DNA from: Octopus bimaculoides
Taxonomy: Eukaryota
Assembly (NCBI RefSeq): GCF_001194135.2
Contig: NC_069005.1
Location: forward strand, 13,929,500 to 13,969,995
Direction: 5' to 3'
DNA length: 40,496 nucleotides
Under the pieces are notes generated by a model, which had not been told where the DNA came from, made no database searches, and was given only the letters and a program-made list of their open reading frames with translations. Numbering within the stretch: position 1 is the stretch's first letter; every line of letters starts with the position of its first letter. The position numbers and the translations under genes are program-made. Shown in pieces: positions 1 to 11,121 of this stretch.

Positions 1-18
1 ATATATATATATATATAT

Positions 19-400
19 AGCAAAAAGAAAATGGAGGGGGAATATGAGGTACTCATCAACTTGCAGACACTATATTCCGTTGATTATTCTGTTTATTTTA
101 TAATCAAAATGACAAAAAGGACAATATACAGACACTTATGACATACCATGTCATATCAACAATTAAGATTTCAAATTTAACGGACATCTAGCAATTGGAG
201 AAGGGACAAAATCTTACAGCTGTTTCGGCCTAGGGTTGGCATGCCCCATTCTATCTGTATAACTCCAGTACGCTGGAGTAATTAGTAGATAAAAATGATG
301 TAATGGGGGTACATGCATGATCCACTAGGCCTCTTCAGAGATTTACAAAATTCAATTCATGAATTTTGCAAAATTTACATACAAATATAAAATAACAATA
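19..400 (-). mobile_element. Penelope-like element terminal (pseudo-LTR) fragment carrying the HHR
   Basis: Contains the minimal-type HHR. Its minus-strand 3' end abuts the (AT)n at 1-18. A related motif (gaaaatggagg..aatatg..acttgcaga..ccgttga) recurs at 566-632 next to another (AT)n. Confidence 0.55.
209..344 (-). ncRNA. Type I hammerhead ribozyme with long structured stem II insertion
   Basis: Minus strand reads AAATCT-CTGAAGA-GGCCTAG-(~90 nt)-CTAGGCC-GAAA-CAGCTG-TA-AGATTT. It has a complete core, a 6-bp stem I (AAATCT/AGATTT), a 7-bp stem II base, a palindromic stem III (ACAGCTGT) and a GUA cleavage triplet (cut between 215 and 214). Confidence 0.85.
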
Positions 401-565
401 AAAAATAAAAATATAAAAACATACAAAAAAAACCCATATTTGAGTCATAAAAACTCATATATACATGCATATGCATGTATCCATATAAAATAGAATGTTT
501 TGCTATGATGCAACTTTCACCCAGGGACATATGTGTGCGAGTATATATATATATATATATATATA

Positions 566-735
566 ACAATTAGAAAATGGAGGATAATATGCTGAACCCA
601 ACTACTTGCAGATGGTGTATCCCGTTGAATTCATTAATTTAATTCATAGCAAAAGTGACACATAAATTTGACATGGGCGATTCTTTCTGGTCTTGGGATT
701 CACGGTCAAACGGCTGGGTAGAATTGCGCGAAAAT
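566..735 (-). mobile_element. Diverged second copy of the same terminal fragment
   Basis: Similar to 19-90 and also abuts an (AT)n tract. No HHR core is visible. Confidence 0.35.
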
Positions 736-854
736 CTATACATATATGTAGAATGATCCGGTGGTGATGCTGGGCTTTGTATTGTTTTCATAGCTCTCAT
801 GGTTACCGAGACAATCCACTATATGAACACTATATGAACAACATGGCTTCCCAT

Positions 855-1275
855 CTATATAATCATAATCTTCTGTTTATGAATGAGAAAGGAAGGGGTG
901 ATACATGAATAAGGGAGGAAGGGGGTGATGTCATTTTTTTCATAGCTCCCATGGTTATGGAGATAATCTTTTATAATTACACTCTTGTGTTTATGAATGA
1001 GAAAGGAAGGGGTGATGTCATACTTGGTAGTGTGATGATGAAAATTGGACGCTGAAAAAAATAAATCAAACAGCGTTTCAACTCTGTGTGAATGTGTGTG
1101 TGTATGTAAAAGGGGGATTATGTGAATGTGTGTGTGTGTGCGTGAGTGAGCGCAATGGAAGTAGGATGGTTGAGATATGTGAATGTGTGTGTGCATGTGC
1201 GTGCACAATGGAAGTGTGATGGTTAACATTCAACACTGAAAAGAATAATCGAACAGCATTTCAACTCTGTGTATA
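855..1275. repeat. Local imperfect tandem duplications with a GT-rich microsatellite
   Basis: tttatgaatgagaaaggaaggggtgat occurs twice (~880, ~990). ctgaaaa..aaca(g)c(g/a)tttcaactctgtgt occurs twice (~1052, ~1236). Confidence 0.6.
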
Positions 1276-1393
1276 TGGTATGTTTCACTTGAGTAGAATC
1301 TGTTCTCTATAAAGGTATGTGTCTGCTTTTTGTTGATATAAAGTTAATTTCTTTGGTATTTCTAAACCAAATTTTATTTAGTGTCATTATTAT

Positions 1394-1551
1394 TAAATTT
1401 ATGCATTTCTAATCAATTTGGAGATATTTGCTATCGAGTTGCAGATTTTTTACAATGCATTTGGTGANNNNNNNNNNTAAATTTATGCATTTCTAATCAA
1501 TTTGGAGATATTTGCTATCGAGTTGCAGATTTTTTACAATGCATTTGGTGA
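1394..1551. other. 74-bp exact duplication across a 10-N gap (assembly overlap)
   Basis: 1394-1467 is identical to 1478-1551, separated only by Ns. Confidence 0.85.
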
Positions 1552-1753
1552 TTATTTGCTTTATTTCTCAGGCAAAATTTACAACTCACAATAACAAAAT
1601 AAAACTATTATTTCATTCAAAAATTGATGAGCTTTGTTTTTAGTGATGACTTGAAATGGCAAATATTTTTTATAACTGTATTTACTTGAAAAAACATACT
1701 TTTCTTTATACTTAATTTTACGATGTACCTAAACAAAAACCATCGTTATAGAT

Positions 1754-1902
1754 CAGCGTTTCTCAACCTTTTTCATGATTCGGCTCCCCTTGGACATTGT
1801 AAAATTTATTTTGGATCCTATGTTGATGAAAAATTTAATTCAGCTCCCCATGCATCTGAGATAGACTAGCCAGCCCATGAAAAATCTGACTTGACCTTTG
1901 AA
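1754..1902 (+). mobile_element. hAT (Buster/Charlie-type) element, left end
   Basis: CAGCGTTTCTCAACCTTTTT terminus, preceded by ttaTAgat (NNNTANNN target pattern). The right end is not seen because a gap follows. Confidence 0.55.
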
Positions 1903-3312
1903 NNNNNNNNNNNNNNNNNNNNNNNNNNNNNNNNNNNNNNNNNNNNNNNNNNNNNNNNNNNNNNNNNNNNNNNNNNNNNNNNNNNNNNNNNNNNNNNNNN
2001 NNNNNNNNNNNNNNNNNNNNNNNNNNNNNNNNNNNNNNNNNNNNNNNNNNNNNNNNNNNNNNNNNNNNNNNNNNNNNNNNNNNNNNNNNNNNNNNNNNNN
2101 NNNNNNNNNNNNNNNNNNNNNNNNNNNNNNNNNNNNNNNNNNNNNNNNNNNNNNNNNNNNNNNNNNNNNNNNNNNNNNNNNNNNNNNNNNNNNNNNNNNN
2201 NNNNNNNNNNNNNNNNNNNNNNNNNNNNNNNNNNNNNNNNNNNNNNNNNNNNNNNNNNNNNNNNNNNNNNNNNNNNNNNNNNNNNNNNNNNNNNNNNNNN
2301 NNNNNNNNNNNNNNNNNNNNNNNNNNNNNNNNNNNNNNNNNNNNNNNNNNNNNNNNNNNNNNNNNNNNNNNNNNNNNNNNNNNNNNNNNNNNNNNNNNNN
2401 NNNNNNNNNNNNNNNNNNNNNNNNNNNNNNNNNNNNNNNNNNNNNNNNNNNNNNNNNNNNNNNNNNNNNNNNNNNNNNNNNNNNNNNNNNNNNNNNNNNN
2501 NNNNNNNNNNNNNNNNNNNNNNNNNNNNNNGGAGATCCTAAAAAAATTATAGTACTTGTGTATATAAGATTGACCAGTGACCGGTCTGTCAAAATGCTAG
2601 AAGAAGCTCACTTAAAAAATTCTCAAATACGGATTCAGCGGAGCAAAAACAGGCGGGCTAGACCAGTGAAAATTGTACATATCTCGATTATCTGCAGACT
2701 ATAGTTTCAAAATCAACACTTTCAAAATAAAAGTGTCTATTTATCTTCAGTACAGATTGCCGATATTTTTACAATCGAACAGAATCTCGTGCTAGTTGTC
2801 TTCAACTAGTGAAAACGTGCACGTGATTCTATCAATTATAAAGATTAAAATTCAAAAGTCTTAGTTTTGGCGCGCTGAATTCGGAAAATATATATATATA
2901 TATATATTCTATTTCTTTCTCTCTGTCTATTCGTAAAACTCTTTCTGAAACAAATTGGCTGTAGTCAGATCCGAAGGAAGATGAATTCCACCACTTCTAA
3001 AAATGCCCAAGACATGCCTTTATCCTTCAATAACATGTCTTCTCTACTGACAAATAATAAAGAGATGAAATCAAAACAGTGCGTGTATTTATTATTGGTA
3101 TTATGACCCTCCCAAGATACAGCAAATTGTTTCAAAACAGTCCACATCAAAACTCTTGGAAACCAAACAAAATATAACGATGTGTATTTACTTTTGTGTA
3201 TTTATTTTGCAAGATTCTTGATGTGAAATCATATATTAAAACCGATATTGTTATGCTTGGAGATATATTTTTTCTTTTGTGTTGTTTAATTGTACAATAT
3301 GTGTATGTATGT

Positions 3313-3434
3313 ATAACAATAATCCTTGGATGTTATTTATAAACATTTAATGCATCGCTACAGACTGTGATTTGTAGAAACATGCGTAGCGATGCATTAA
3401 ATGTTCATAAATCCCTTCCAAGGATTATTATCAT
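3313..3434. repeat. ~120-bp inverted repeat with an HHR-like remnant in the loop
   Basis: Inner arms 3335-3361 and 3386-3412 pair, as do outer arms aatccttgga/tccaaggatt. The loop contains ctgtga..GAAACATGC followed by GTA. Confidence 0.7.
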
Positions 3435-3562
3435 ATTTATTCTACATTATATCAGTACAGCTTGATGCAACCCCAAAAAACTGATTCACCAGTTAGCATC
3501 ATTAGACTGTGGCTGGCATAATGGAATAGGAGCTTTGTCTATTCAAAACGTTTCCCGTAAAC

Positions 3563-3612
<50 letters not shown>

Positions 3613-5424
3613 CGGAAACAAAATGGTTATGTCGTTATCACAGTCAAAAACAAGCCAAGTGTTATGGAGTGCCAAGCAGCGAAATATTGAACAAAAATCA
3701 AGCCGTCCAACGAACTGAATGGATGTGGATTTAATTATTATTTCAGTAGGTTCCCAGTACCATGACACAGATATCTAATCTACACTGTCACCAGTTGAAT
3801 GGACTGACTGTGAACACTGAATTGCCTGCATGTACGTTCTCATTGTTCAGTTCCCCGACTAGTCTCTGGAATAATACATAGCAAGTAAATGCTTAAATAC
3901 TATTATCCAGCCATCCATCTATACAAACATATATCCACTTTGTATTTTCCAAGAGATTATCGTTAAGGCATAATAAATGCAGAGACGTAAGAAGCGACCC
4001 ATTCCAATACGAATAGAAACAGAATTCTCAGAAAAGTACTTGAACACGCATGCGCATTCTACTGCTTTGGCATTTTTGTTTTTATTTATTGATGTGATTG
4101 GTGGGGAGAGAAGGTGACATTGATTATTATTTTCATGATTGATTGATATTGGTTTGTTTGCATAACAACTATAACATGCAGTCTTTCAGAATTTGTGTTC
4201 GTGACAAGCAATCTTTCCAGAATTTTATCACTATTACTGTGTTTTCTTCCTCCATTTTTTTCCCTTCTTCATTAGATTGCTTGAGTAATCAAGTTGTTAG
4301 TGCTACTTGGCAGATAGTCAGTCATTTGAGCAATCTACAAACACTTTTTCTATTTATTTTTCAGGAAAGTTTTCAATTCCCTTCAATAATTATTCCACGC
4401 ACGGTTTCGATTCCCATTTGTAGCCATCGTCCTTCCTAACATACAATGATACATTACAGCCATTGATTAAATAATTAAATAAAAGGGGGAAAAAATTGCT
4501 GAAATAGTCTCCGTACTAAATTGCAAAGTTTGCAATTTTTCTTTAATTTATATCTATATATATTTTTTATTCGCTATCTCCATGAACAAAATATAACAAC
4601 TTCGTATTATCTGCTTAAACTGTTGAGAACATTTAGAAAACTTTTTTACAATAAGAGCCGTCTCGGCGGCATCATAAGCCCCTGAAGAAATCAACGTACG
4701 AGGAGCTATAGCATTCATTATTGACCGTTAGGCACCAGAGAGACAGATCACAATTGGGCTGCTCGGCCTGCAAGAACCCTGGGTAACTGCCCACTGTACG
4801 CATACCTTAAAATGGAACTGACTATGAAGAAAAGAAAATTGTACTGAACGCCGTGGCTTTATACATATCGCTAAAGCGTTTCACCCAGCTCCTCAATCTT
4901 TCTTTCTCATTAACTCTAAAATTATACGACCATCTGCCTATGCAAGCAATGGATAATTATATCTAGTTTCAATTCCCGGTTGTAGTCATTTGGTTTCCAT
5001 GGCATCGTTAATAAAGGCGAAATGATTGTGTGAAAAGTAAAATCGCAAGTATGTCTTGTTGCTTCGTTCACATAGTTAATGTTGAAGACTAGACAAGGTC
5101 ATGAACAACATGGCTTCCCATCTCTCCCTCTTCTCTTCTCACTGCTTAACCATCACACGTTTGTCTACGAAAGAAATAGATAATGTGTTCTAACTTCAAT
5201 TCCCGGTTGTAGTCATTTCGTTTGAATTGCATCGCTATTAGAGATGAAATGTTTAAGTGGGATAGATAAACCAACTAGTTTGTGAGTACAAATTTGCTGG
5301 GATATCAGACACAAATTGACATTGTGTATGTAAGTGTATCGCAATATAAGACTTGTAAAGTATGTAGAAATATAGATTCTATCTATCTCCATCCGTCCAT
5401 CTATCGTGTGTGTGTATATATATA

Positions 5425-5720
5425 AACGGGGGTACTTTTTGGTTATCTCGCCCCCATTAAAATATTGGGTTATCTCCCCACGTTTTATGAGAAATAGCGG
5501 TACTTTTGGTTATCTCCCTCAACTAAAAAAAATTGTTTAACCCTTAATAAAACGAAAAAAAATATTTGAAACGATGAAACCTCGTATTGGATCTGATAAT
5601 ATTTTTATAACAAATCGCACAAAACTGAAAAGATTAATAAACAGGAAAACTGAAAAAATTAATAAACACGAAAACTGAAATAATTAAACCTCTTAGTGTA
5701 TCTGATAACATTTTAAAAAC
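5425..5720. mobile_element. Non-autonomous repeat with ggttatctc(c/g)c subrepeats, possibly Helitron/Helentron-derived
   Basis: Three ggttatctc motifs and repeated aaaactgaaa units. The family assignment is from recalled resemblance only. Confidence 0.3.
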
Positions 5721-5754
5721 AAATCATACCCTGCCTGTTGAGGAGGCCAAACGC

Positions 5755-5953
5755 CAACAATGTGTTGAAGTATTGTTATTTGGTCTGCCTCTACGTTCTA
5801 AGTTCAAATTCCACTGAAGTCGACTTAGCCTTTCATCCTTTCGGGGTCGATTAAATAAGTACCAGTTACGCACTGGAGTTGATGTAATCGAGTTAATTCC
5901 TTGTTTGCACTCCCCCCCCCCCTATGTTTAGCCCGCTGTGGGCAATAAAGAAA
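5755..5953 (+). mobile_element. tRNA-derived SINE, family A (Deu/Nin-like core)
   Basis: B-box-like gttcaaattcc followed by the core gcctttcatcctttcggggtcgattaaataagtacc. A partial duplicate at 5955-6028 runs into a gap. Confidence 0.8.
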
Positions 5954-6429
5954 CAAATGTGTTGAAGTATTGTTATTTGGTCTGCCTCTACGTTCTAAGT
6001 TCAAATTCCACTGAAGTCGACTTAGCCTNNNNNNNNNNNNNNNNNNNNNNNNNNNNNNNNNNNNNNNNNNNNNNNNNNNNNNNNNNNNNNNNNNNNNNNN
6101 NNNNNNNNNNNNNNNNNNNNNNNNNNNNNNNNNNNNNNNNNNNNNNNNNNNNNNNNNNNNNNNNNNNNNNNNNNNNNNNNNNNNNNNNNNNNNNNNNNNN
6201 NNNNNNNNNNNNNNNNNNNNNNNNNNNNNNNNNNNNNNNNNNNNNNNNNNNNNNNNNNNNNNNNNNNNNNNNNNNNNNNNNNNNNNNNNNNNNNNNNNNN
6301 NNNNNNNNNNNNNNNNNNNNNNNNNNNNNNNNNNNNNNNNNNNNNNNNNNNNNNNNNNNNNNNNNNNNNNNNNNNNNNNNNNNNNNNNNNNNNNTGTGTG
6401 TGTAGTATGTATATGCATATATATATATA

Positions 6430-6870
6430 TATATATATACATATATATAGTAAACAACATGAAATACGAGAACAAATGAGTTGAGTATGCAAACAACGAG
6501 AGAAACAAATGGAAAACAAGACAAGTAACACAAAGAACAACCCTTCATCAGTTGTTGGCTGTCTATCTACTCCTCATTTCAAACATTGAATGATAATATG
6601 AGTTTTTGAAGGCAGTTGCTCCCACAAAAGCCAAAATTAAAATTTGGGATTTATGGAGAGTCAAAGATGGTAACAAAAGAAGGACAGTGGAAACATATAA
6701 GGAAACCAAACGAAAACAAATATGGCGGGTTGTTAGACCAGACGAAGGTAAAATAGCAAACACTGGAGAAATATTTTCTTTGGCAAGAGAAAAGATAGAC
6801 GAGAAAGATAGATAGGATACATCCAACCTGTAGGAGAGCCCTGAAAGAAAAGAAAGATGATCACATGAAG
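6430..6870 (-). mobile_element. Penelope-like terminal repeat with a 5' half-hammerhead
   Basis: Minus strand CTGATGAAGGGT at 6540-6551. The sequence closely matches 21190-21362 and ends at (AT)n. Confidence 0.55.
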
Positions 6871-7474
6871 AAAAGAAAGATACACGATGGTCACGTGTGA
6901 GCAATGAGAGAGAGTAAAAGAGAAAAGGGAGAGAGACAGAGACAGATAGAAAATGGAGAGGAGGAGAAAAAGGGAATTAGAGGAAGGATGAGACAGAAAA
7001 AGATAAGGGGAGAGAACAGTATAGAGTAGAGTTGCATCAAGAAGATTAAGATAAACTTACTTGGAAATGGATTTGCAGTTAGAATTATGAATTAGAAAAA
7101 CATGTTTAAAAATTTCAATGTTGACAAGTTTAAATGTTTATAACAGTCTATAATATTAAAACTGCATCAATTTGTTTGAATGTACAAAGCTCATTAGTGT
7201 TAATAGTGATTAGCAAGAAATGAATATCATCAAAGATTCAGTCATACTGCGTTAAGATGGAAAAAAAAACAAGGGAGAAATGAAGATAGTGAAAAAAGGG
7301 ATTTGGTTTACAATTCCTCTGATCCTCTTTCCATCGTGTGTAGAAAATAGCTTTCCTGACATACTACAGTATCCCCTTCTCAGACTACAAGTTTGATACA
7401 AGCAACAGTAATGCAGCAAGAAAAAAAAAGGGAAAAAAATGCAGAGTGAAATGTTCAAATAAGGGTAAAACATG

Positions 7475-7524
7475 AGCAATATTACAAAGATAAGCAATAT
7501 TACAAAGATAAGCAATATTACAAA
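7475..7524. repeat. 18-bp tandem repeat x2.8
   Basis: agcaatattacaaagata units. Confidence 0.9.
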
Positions 7525-7639
7525 TGCAAGAAAAGTATATAAAAATCAAGTATATAAGATTGAGAAAATGACAGGCACTTAGTGCAAGTTCATATATATA
7601 TATATATATATATTCAATCCAAACATGAACAAGCAAAAA

Positions 7640-7810
7640 AAAATACGAGAAAACAACAACGCGAGGACATGGAATAAGTACAGTGTTATTGGGCGCTCAG
7701 GAAAGGAAAGAAAAGAAAGAGGATTTCATGTTTCGAGCGGAGCTCTACATCAGGAATATAGAAGACGTCCAAAGAAGGGAAGACGGAGAAAGAAAATCGC
7801 CAACAACACA
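7640..7810 (-). mobile_element. Penelope-like terminal fragment with a degenerate minimal HHR
   Basis: Minus strand 7754-7722 reads CTGATGTA-GAGC-TCC-GCTC-GAAACATG. The stem II hairpin is intact, but core A9 and the cleavage triplet are mutated. Confidence 0.6.
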
Positions 7811-7839
7811 CACGTTGTCACGTATATATATACACACAG

Positions 7840-8110
7840 TTTTGCAAAGTCTCTTGGGCTAATGGACACGACAACTACTGTGAGTTATCGTTCCATGTGT
7901 TGGTGGAAGTGGGGGGAGATGTGTGTGGAGTGATGTGTGTAGGGGATGTATGAGGCTGCCAGGTATGAACATCTGTATGGGCCCTTTTAAGTTTATCAAC
8001 AGAGACTGTGTCTCTGGAAACATTGCAGTCAATGGTGAAATGTTTGTTAAAACGAGAAAGAACATCTGCTGTACCTGGATTTGCATCCAGCTGAGCAAAT
8101 TTCATTCTTG
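7840..8110 (-). mobile_element. Gypsy LTR retrotransposon integrase C-terminal remnant
   Basis: VLSRFNKHFTIDCNVSRDTVSVDKLKRAH resembles the Gypsy GPY/F-region tail (TVSIDRLKPA). TITHSSCRVH resembles TRSGRRVH. Confidence 0.7.
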
Positions 8111-8308
8111 CACTTATGACAGAGAAGGCTGGAAACTGAATTTCAGTGATATGGTGATTCTTTTCTACTATTTTCTTGCAATGATATTTATTTCTTGGTG
8201 GAATAAGAATTTATATCTATAGCAAAACTTTTATATTCCACTAACAAATAGTCTTGTGTTGTAATTCTTTGCAGCTACATTATACTTATGAGATTTTTCT
8301 TCTTCTAG

Positions 8309-8372
8309 GGGCTTGTAGAGTCTTAGTCAATCATGGTGGACAGCCAGCTTTAGAGGCATTAATGTGCTGTCT
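8309..8372 (+). CDS. Candidate coding exon, unidentified gene
   Basis: Strong acceptor (tttttcttcttctag) and an open frame ACRVLVNHGGQPALEALMCC, but only a weak gtattc donor. Its end phase (2) is compatible with the exon at 18957. Confidence 0.35.
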
Positions 8373-8424
8373 GTATTCGAAACATTTTTACCATTTCAAT
8401 GTTTCAGTTTACTAAACTTTAAAT

Positions 8425-9028
8425 TGGTGGTTCACAACTAGGGTCTGCATGGTCCTTGCAAGATTTTGTTGTAAAAATTTATGTACAACAAATTCCTTAA
8501 ACTTCTACAATACATAAAATATTTTAACAATTTTTTATACTATTCCTAATAATATTTAATTATAAAACTATACACATCAAGTGGCTAGGAAGGTCCATAC
8601 AAGTAAAATACAAGGTGGTATAAAAGGTTCCCAGACTAATTATGTTTAATAAAAAATAACTCATTTACCTAAGTTTTAACATCATCTCCTTTGAAATAGT
8701 CACCTTGCACAGCAATACACTGGTCCCAACATTCCTGTCACTTTTGGAATCCAGCCTGGAAGTCGTTTTCTGTAAGTGAGTCAAGGACTTTCTGCAATTT
8801 GCTCTGGATATCGACATTAGTGTTAAAACAGTGACCTTTGAGCTGCATTCTCATCATGGGGAAGAGATGGAAGTCCACAGGTGCTAAACAAGGCAAATAG
8901 GGTGGGTACAGAAGCAATACCAAGTTTTTTTTGGCAAGAAACTCATGAGTAAGGAGAGCACAGGGTGTATTGTCATCATGAAGAATCCAATTGGTTTCAT
9001 AGCTACAACAAATGGTTGAGAAACATTG
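8425..9028 (+). mobile_element. hAT (Buster-type) MITE with TSD
   Basis: Termini tggtggttcacaac / ggttgagaaacattg, with an 8-bp TSD ctttaaat / ctttaaac (central TA). Confidence 0.75.
8611..8990 (-). mobile_element. Mariner 3' fragment nested in the hAT MITE
   Basis: YPPYLPCLAPVDFHLFP..CIAVQGDYFKGD matches the mariner C-terminus, and a TA+caaggtgg terminus is present. Confidence 0.85.
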
Positions 9029-9504
9029 CTTTAAACAGATCCCACAGAATGATACTGATCTCTGAGAAGGCTTCTACTTGGCTGTCTGATCTGCTGGAAG
9101 TAAGTCAAATGGCCTTTTAACCAAATCTCCTTAATCCTTAGTCTGTCCAAAGCATTACTATAACTTTGTCCAAAACATCATTGCTTGTTTTCAAACTTTT
9201 AGTTTGCCCTTGTTTCATATGTTCTGAGAAATATAAAGCTTTCCTTTCATAAGCCCCAGGTTACCCTATTGGTTGAAAAAATTGAGAATATGTATCATAT
9301 TGTTGCAAAATGCAGCCTCCTGATATCAACACAGCTCCAACTGTCAAATCGGCAGCTGGGGAACCACAGCCCTGCCCAGCAAGCCATCTTGCTTAGAGTG
9401 GAAGAAGTAATCGTATCTGGTTGGATGTCTTGCGTGACCTGGTTCTTCACTTCAACTTGTCATGTTGCATCTTTTCTCTGACCGTCTTTGTTACTAACTT
9501 CACA

Positions 9505-9560
9505 CTGACTGTAGTCACCTGACTGTAGTCACCTGACTGTAGTCACCTGGTCACCTGACT
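9505..9560. repeat. 14-bp tandem repeat x3+
   Basis: ctgactgtagtcac units. Confidence 0.9.
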
Positions 9561-11086
9561 TGACACCAACTGTTCACATTGCCAACTCCCCATGAATTCA
9601 CTCTCTAGTTTATGTAGCCCACCTCACAGTAAAAAAGCACATGAAAAGAAAATGTGCAGCGTGCTTTAGATCAGTCACATGATCAATGAACATTATTTCT
9701 CATTAGAATTAATTATTGATCCATTATCAGTTTTCTTTTGTAGAACTAGAGAACAGTATTTTGATTTCAAGTGGTACCATTTAAAATTATATTTATCCTC
9801 CTTCGTAACAATATATTACCCATATGTCATATGTGATGCATAGGACAAGAAAAGGGTTGATATCACGATGTACCATTTGAGAAAAAAAGGGCACAGTAGA
9901 TAATGTATTCTCTCAAAAAATAAAGATATGGATACACTGTGTCGTGACAAAATTTAAGACAGCATAGTCACAGCTGAATACCTTTGATCATGTCAGCTCA
10001 ATCAAGGCTGAACTGTGATTAAACAACAATAGCAACAACAACATATTTTAACTGAAAGGAGAGACTCCATAATTGGCAGGTGTTTCACAAGCTTAGGTTA
10101 CCGAATTTAAAACACTCGGATGAATATAAATGGAAGTGTCTGAGGCCAAATGAGGCTGATTTGCCATAGATATACTTCACAAAGGTAAAAGTCTTTTAAA
10201 GAGCCTTTGCAACTTGAATATCTCTAGCTGTTCCAAAGGATAAGCTTAAATAAAACTTCTTTTGTTCTTTGTCACTGTTCAGCTCCACTTTGGTATAAAT
10301 GTGTCTAATGTAAAATAAGAGCATAGCTGAAAGTAATCTACTTCATTCCAATTTGAAATTTCTTTCCTCAATGATTTTAACCATACACAAATAAATGCAA
10401 CGTGTTTGGACAGCACATGAAGCTCTAATAATTCTGCAATCGATCCACTGTCATCTATAAAATGGCTTCAGATAATTGCATAGAATGAAAAACCAGTTCA
10501 CACTCGGCTTGCCATACATAACCTGATGTTAAAATTAGTAAATGGTTAAAACAACACACCCAGTTCATGATTAAGATACAACCAGTTTCTCACATAACAA
10601 CACTGAAACCACCTTACAGAAAACCTACTTAATATCCACACACTGTGTTTGCTTGAAGCGGTTTACATCTCTGATGTCTTCTATGTCTTCTACACATTCC
10701 AGCTAAAGAACAAATCAACTTTGTTCTAACTTAGTAATACTGCAATCTTTTGGTTAATTTTTATGCACAGAAATATGCTAAAACCAAGAATGACCTGAGG
10801 GGAAATAAGCAGATGTTATTGCCAGGAATGCGGTGCTACCAAATCTAAAGACTCAACTCTTTTGATGATGTGACAATGCTAGTAACAAGGATTTCTTAGA
10901 TTGGTACAAAGCCAGGACTTTTGTTGTAGATAGGAATAGTCTATTACGATTGTCACTTGTTTTATTGATGTAAAAAGACAGTTGTGGTGTTTCTTTGAAC
11001 ACAGGATATGATGGGAGGCAACTCAAATACTCTTAGGTGCTGTATCATTTCTGTCATTTCAACATTTTTATCATTATTTTTTAAGG

Positions 11087-11119
<33 letters not shown>

Positions 11120-11121
<2 letters not shown>

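Noticed and set aside
1394-1551. 74-bp direct repeat as a biological duplication
   Set aside because: It is identical and split by a 10-N spacer, typical of an unmerged contig overlap.
2980-3110. Possible first exon MNSTTSKNAQDMPLSF..
   Set aside because: There is no recognisable homology, the donor is weak, and its phase is not compatible with the 8309 exon.
4690-4910. GC-richer segment: possible LINE C-terminus (CPLYAYL..ISLKRF) or HHR-like gaaacgctttagcg
   Set aside because: The LINE reading needs a frameshift and is short. The HHR reading lacks CUGANGA, stem II and the UH triplet.
9505-9560. CRISPR-like array
   Set aside because: The repeats are contiguous with no spacers, and the context is eukaryotic.
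10300-10700. Minus-strand exon candidates and a hAT-like SFYAII.SHFIDD peptide
   Set aside because: The splice phases do not join into an open frame, and the motif match is too short.
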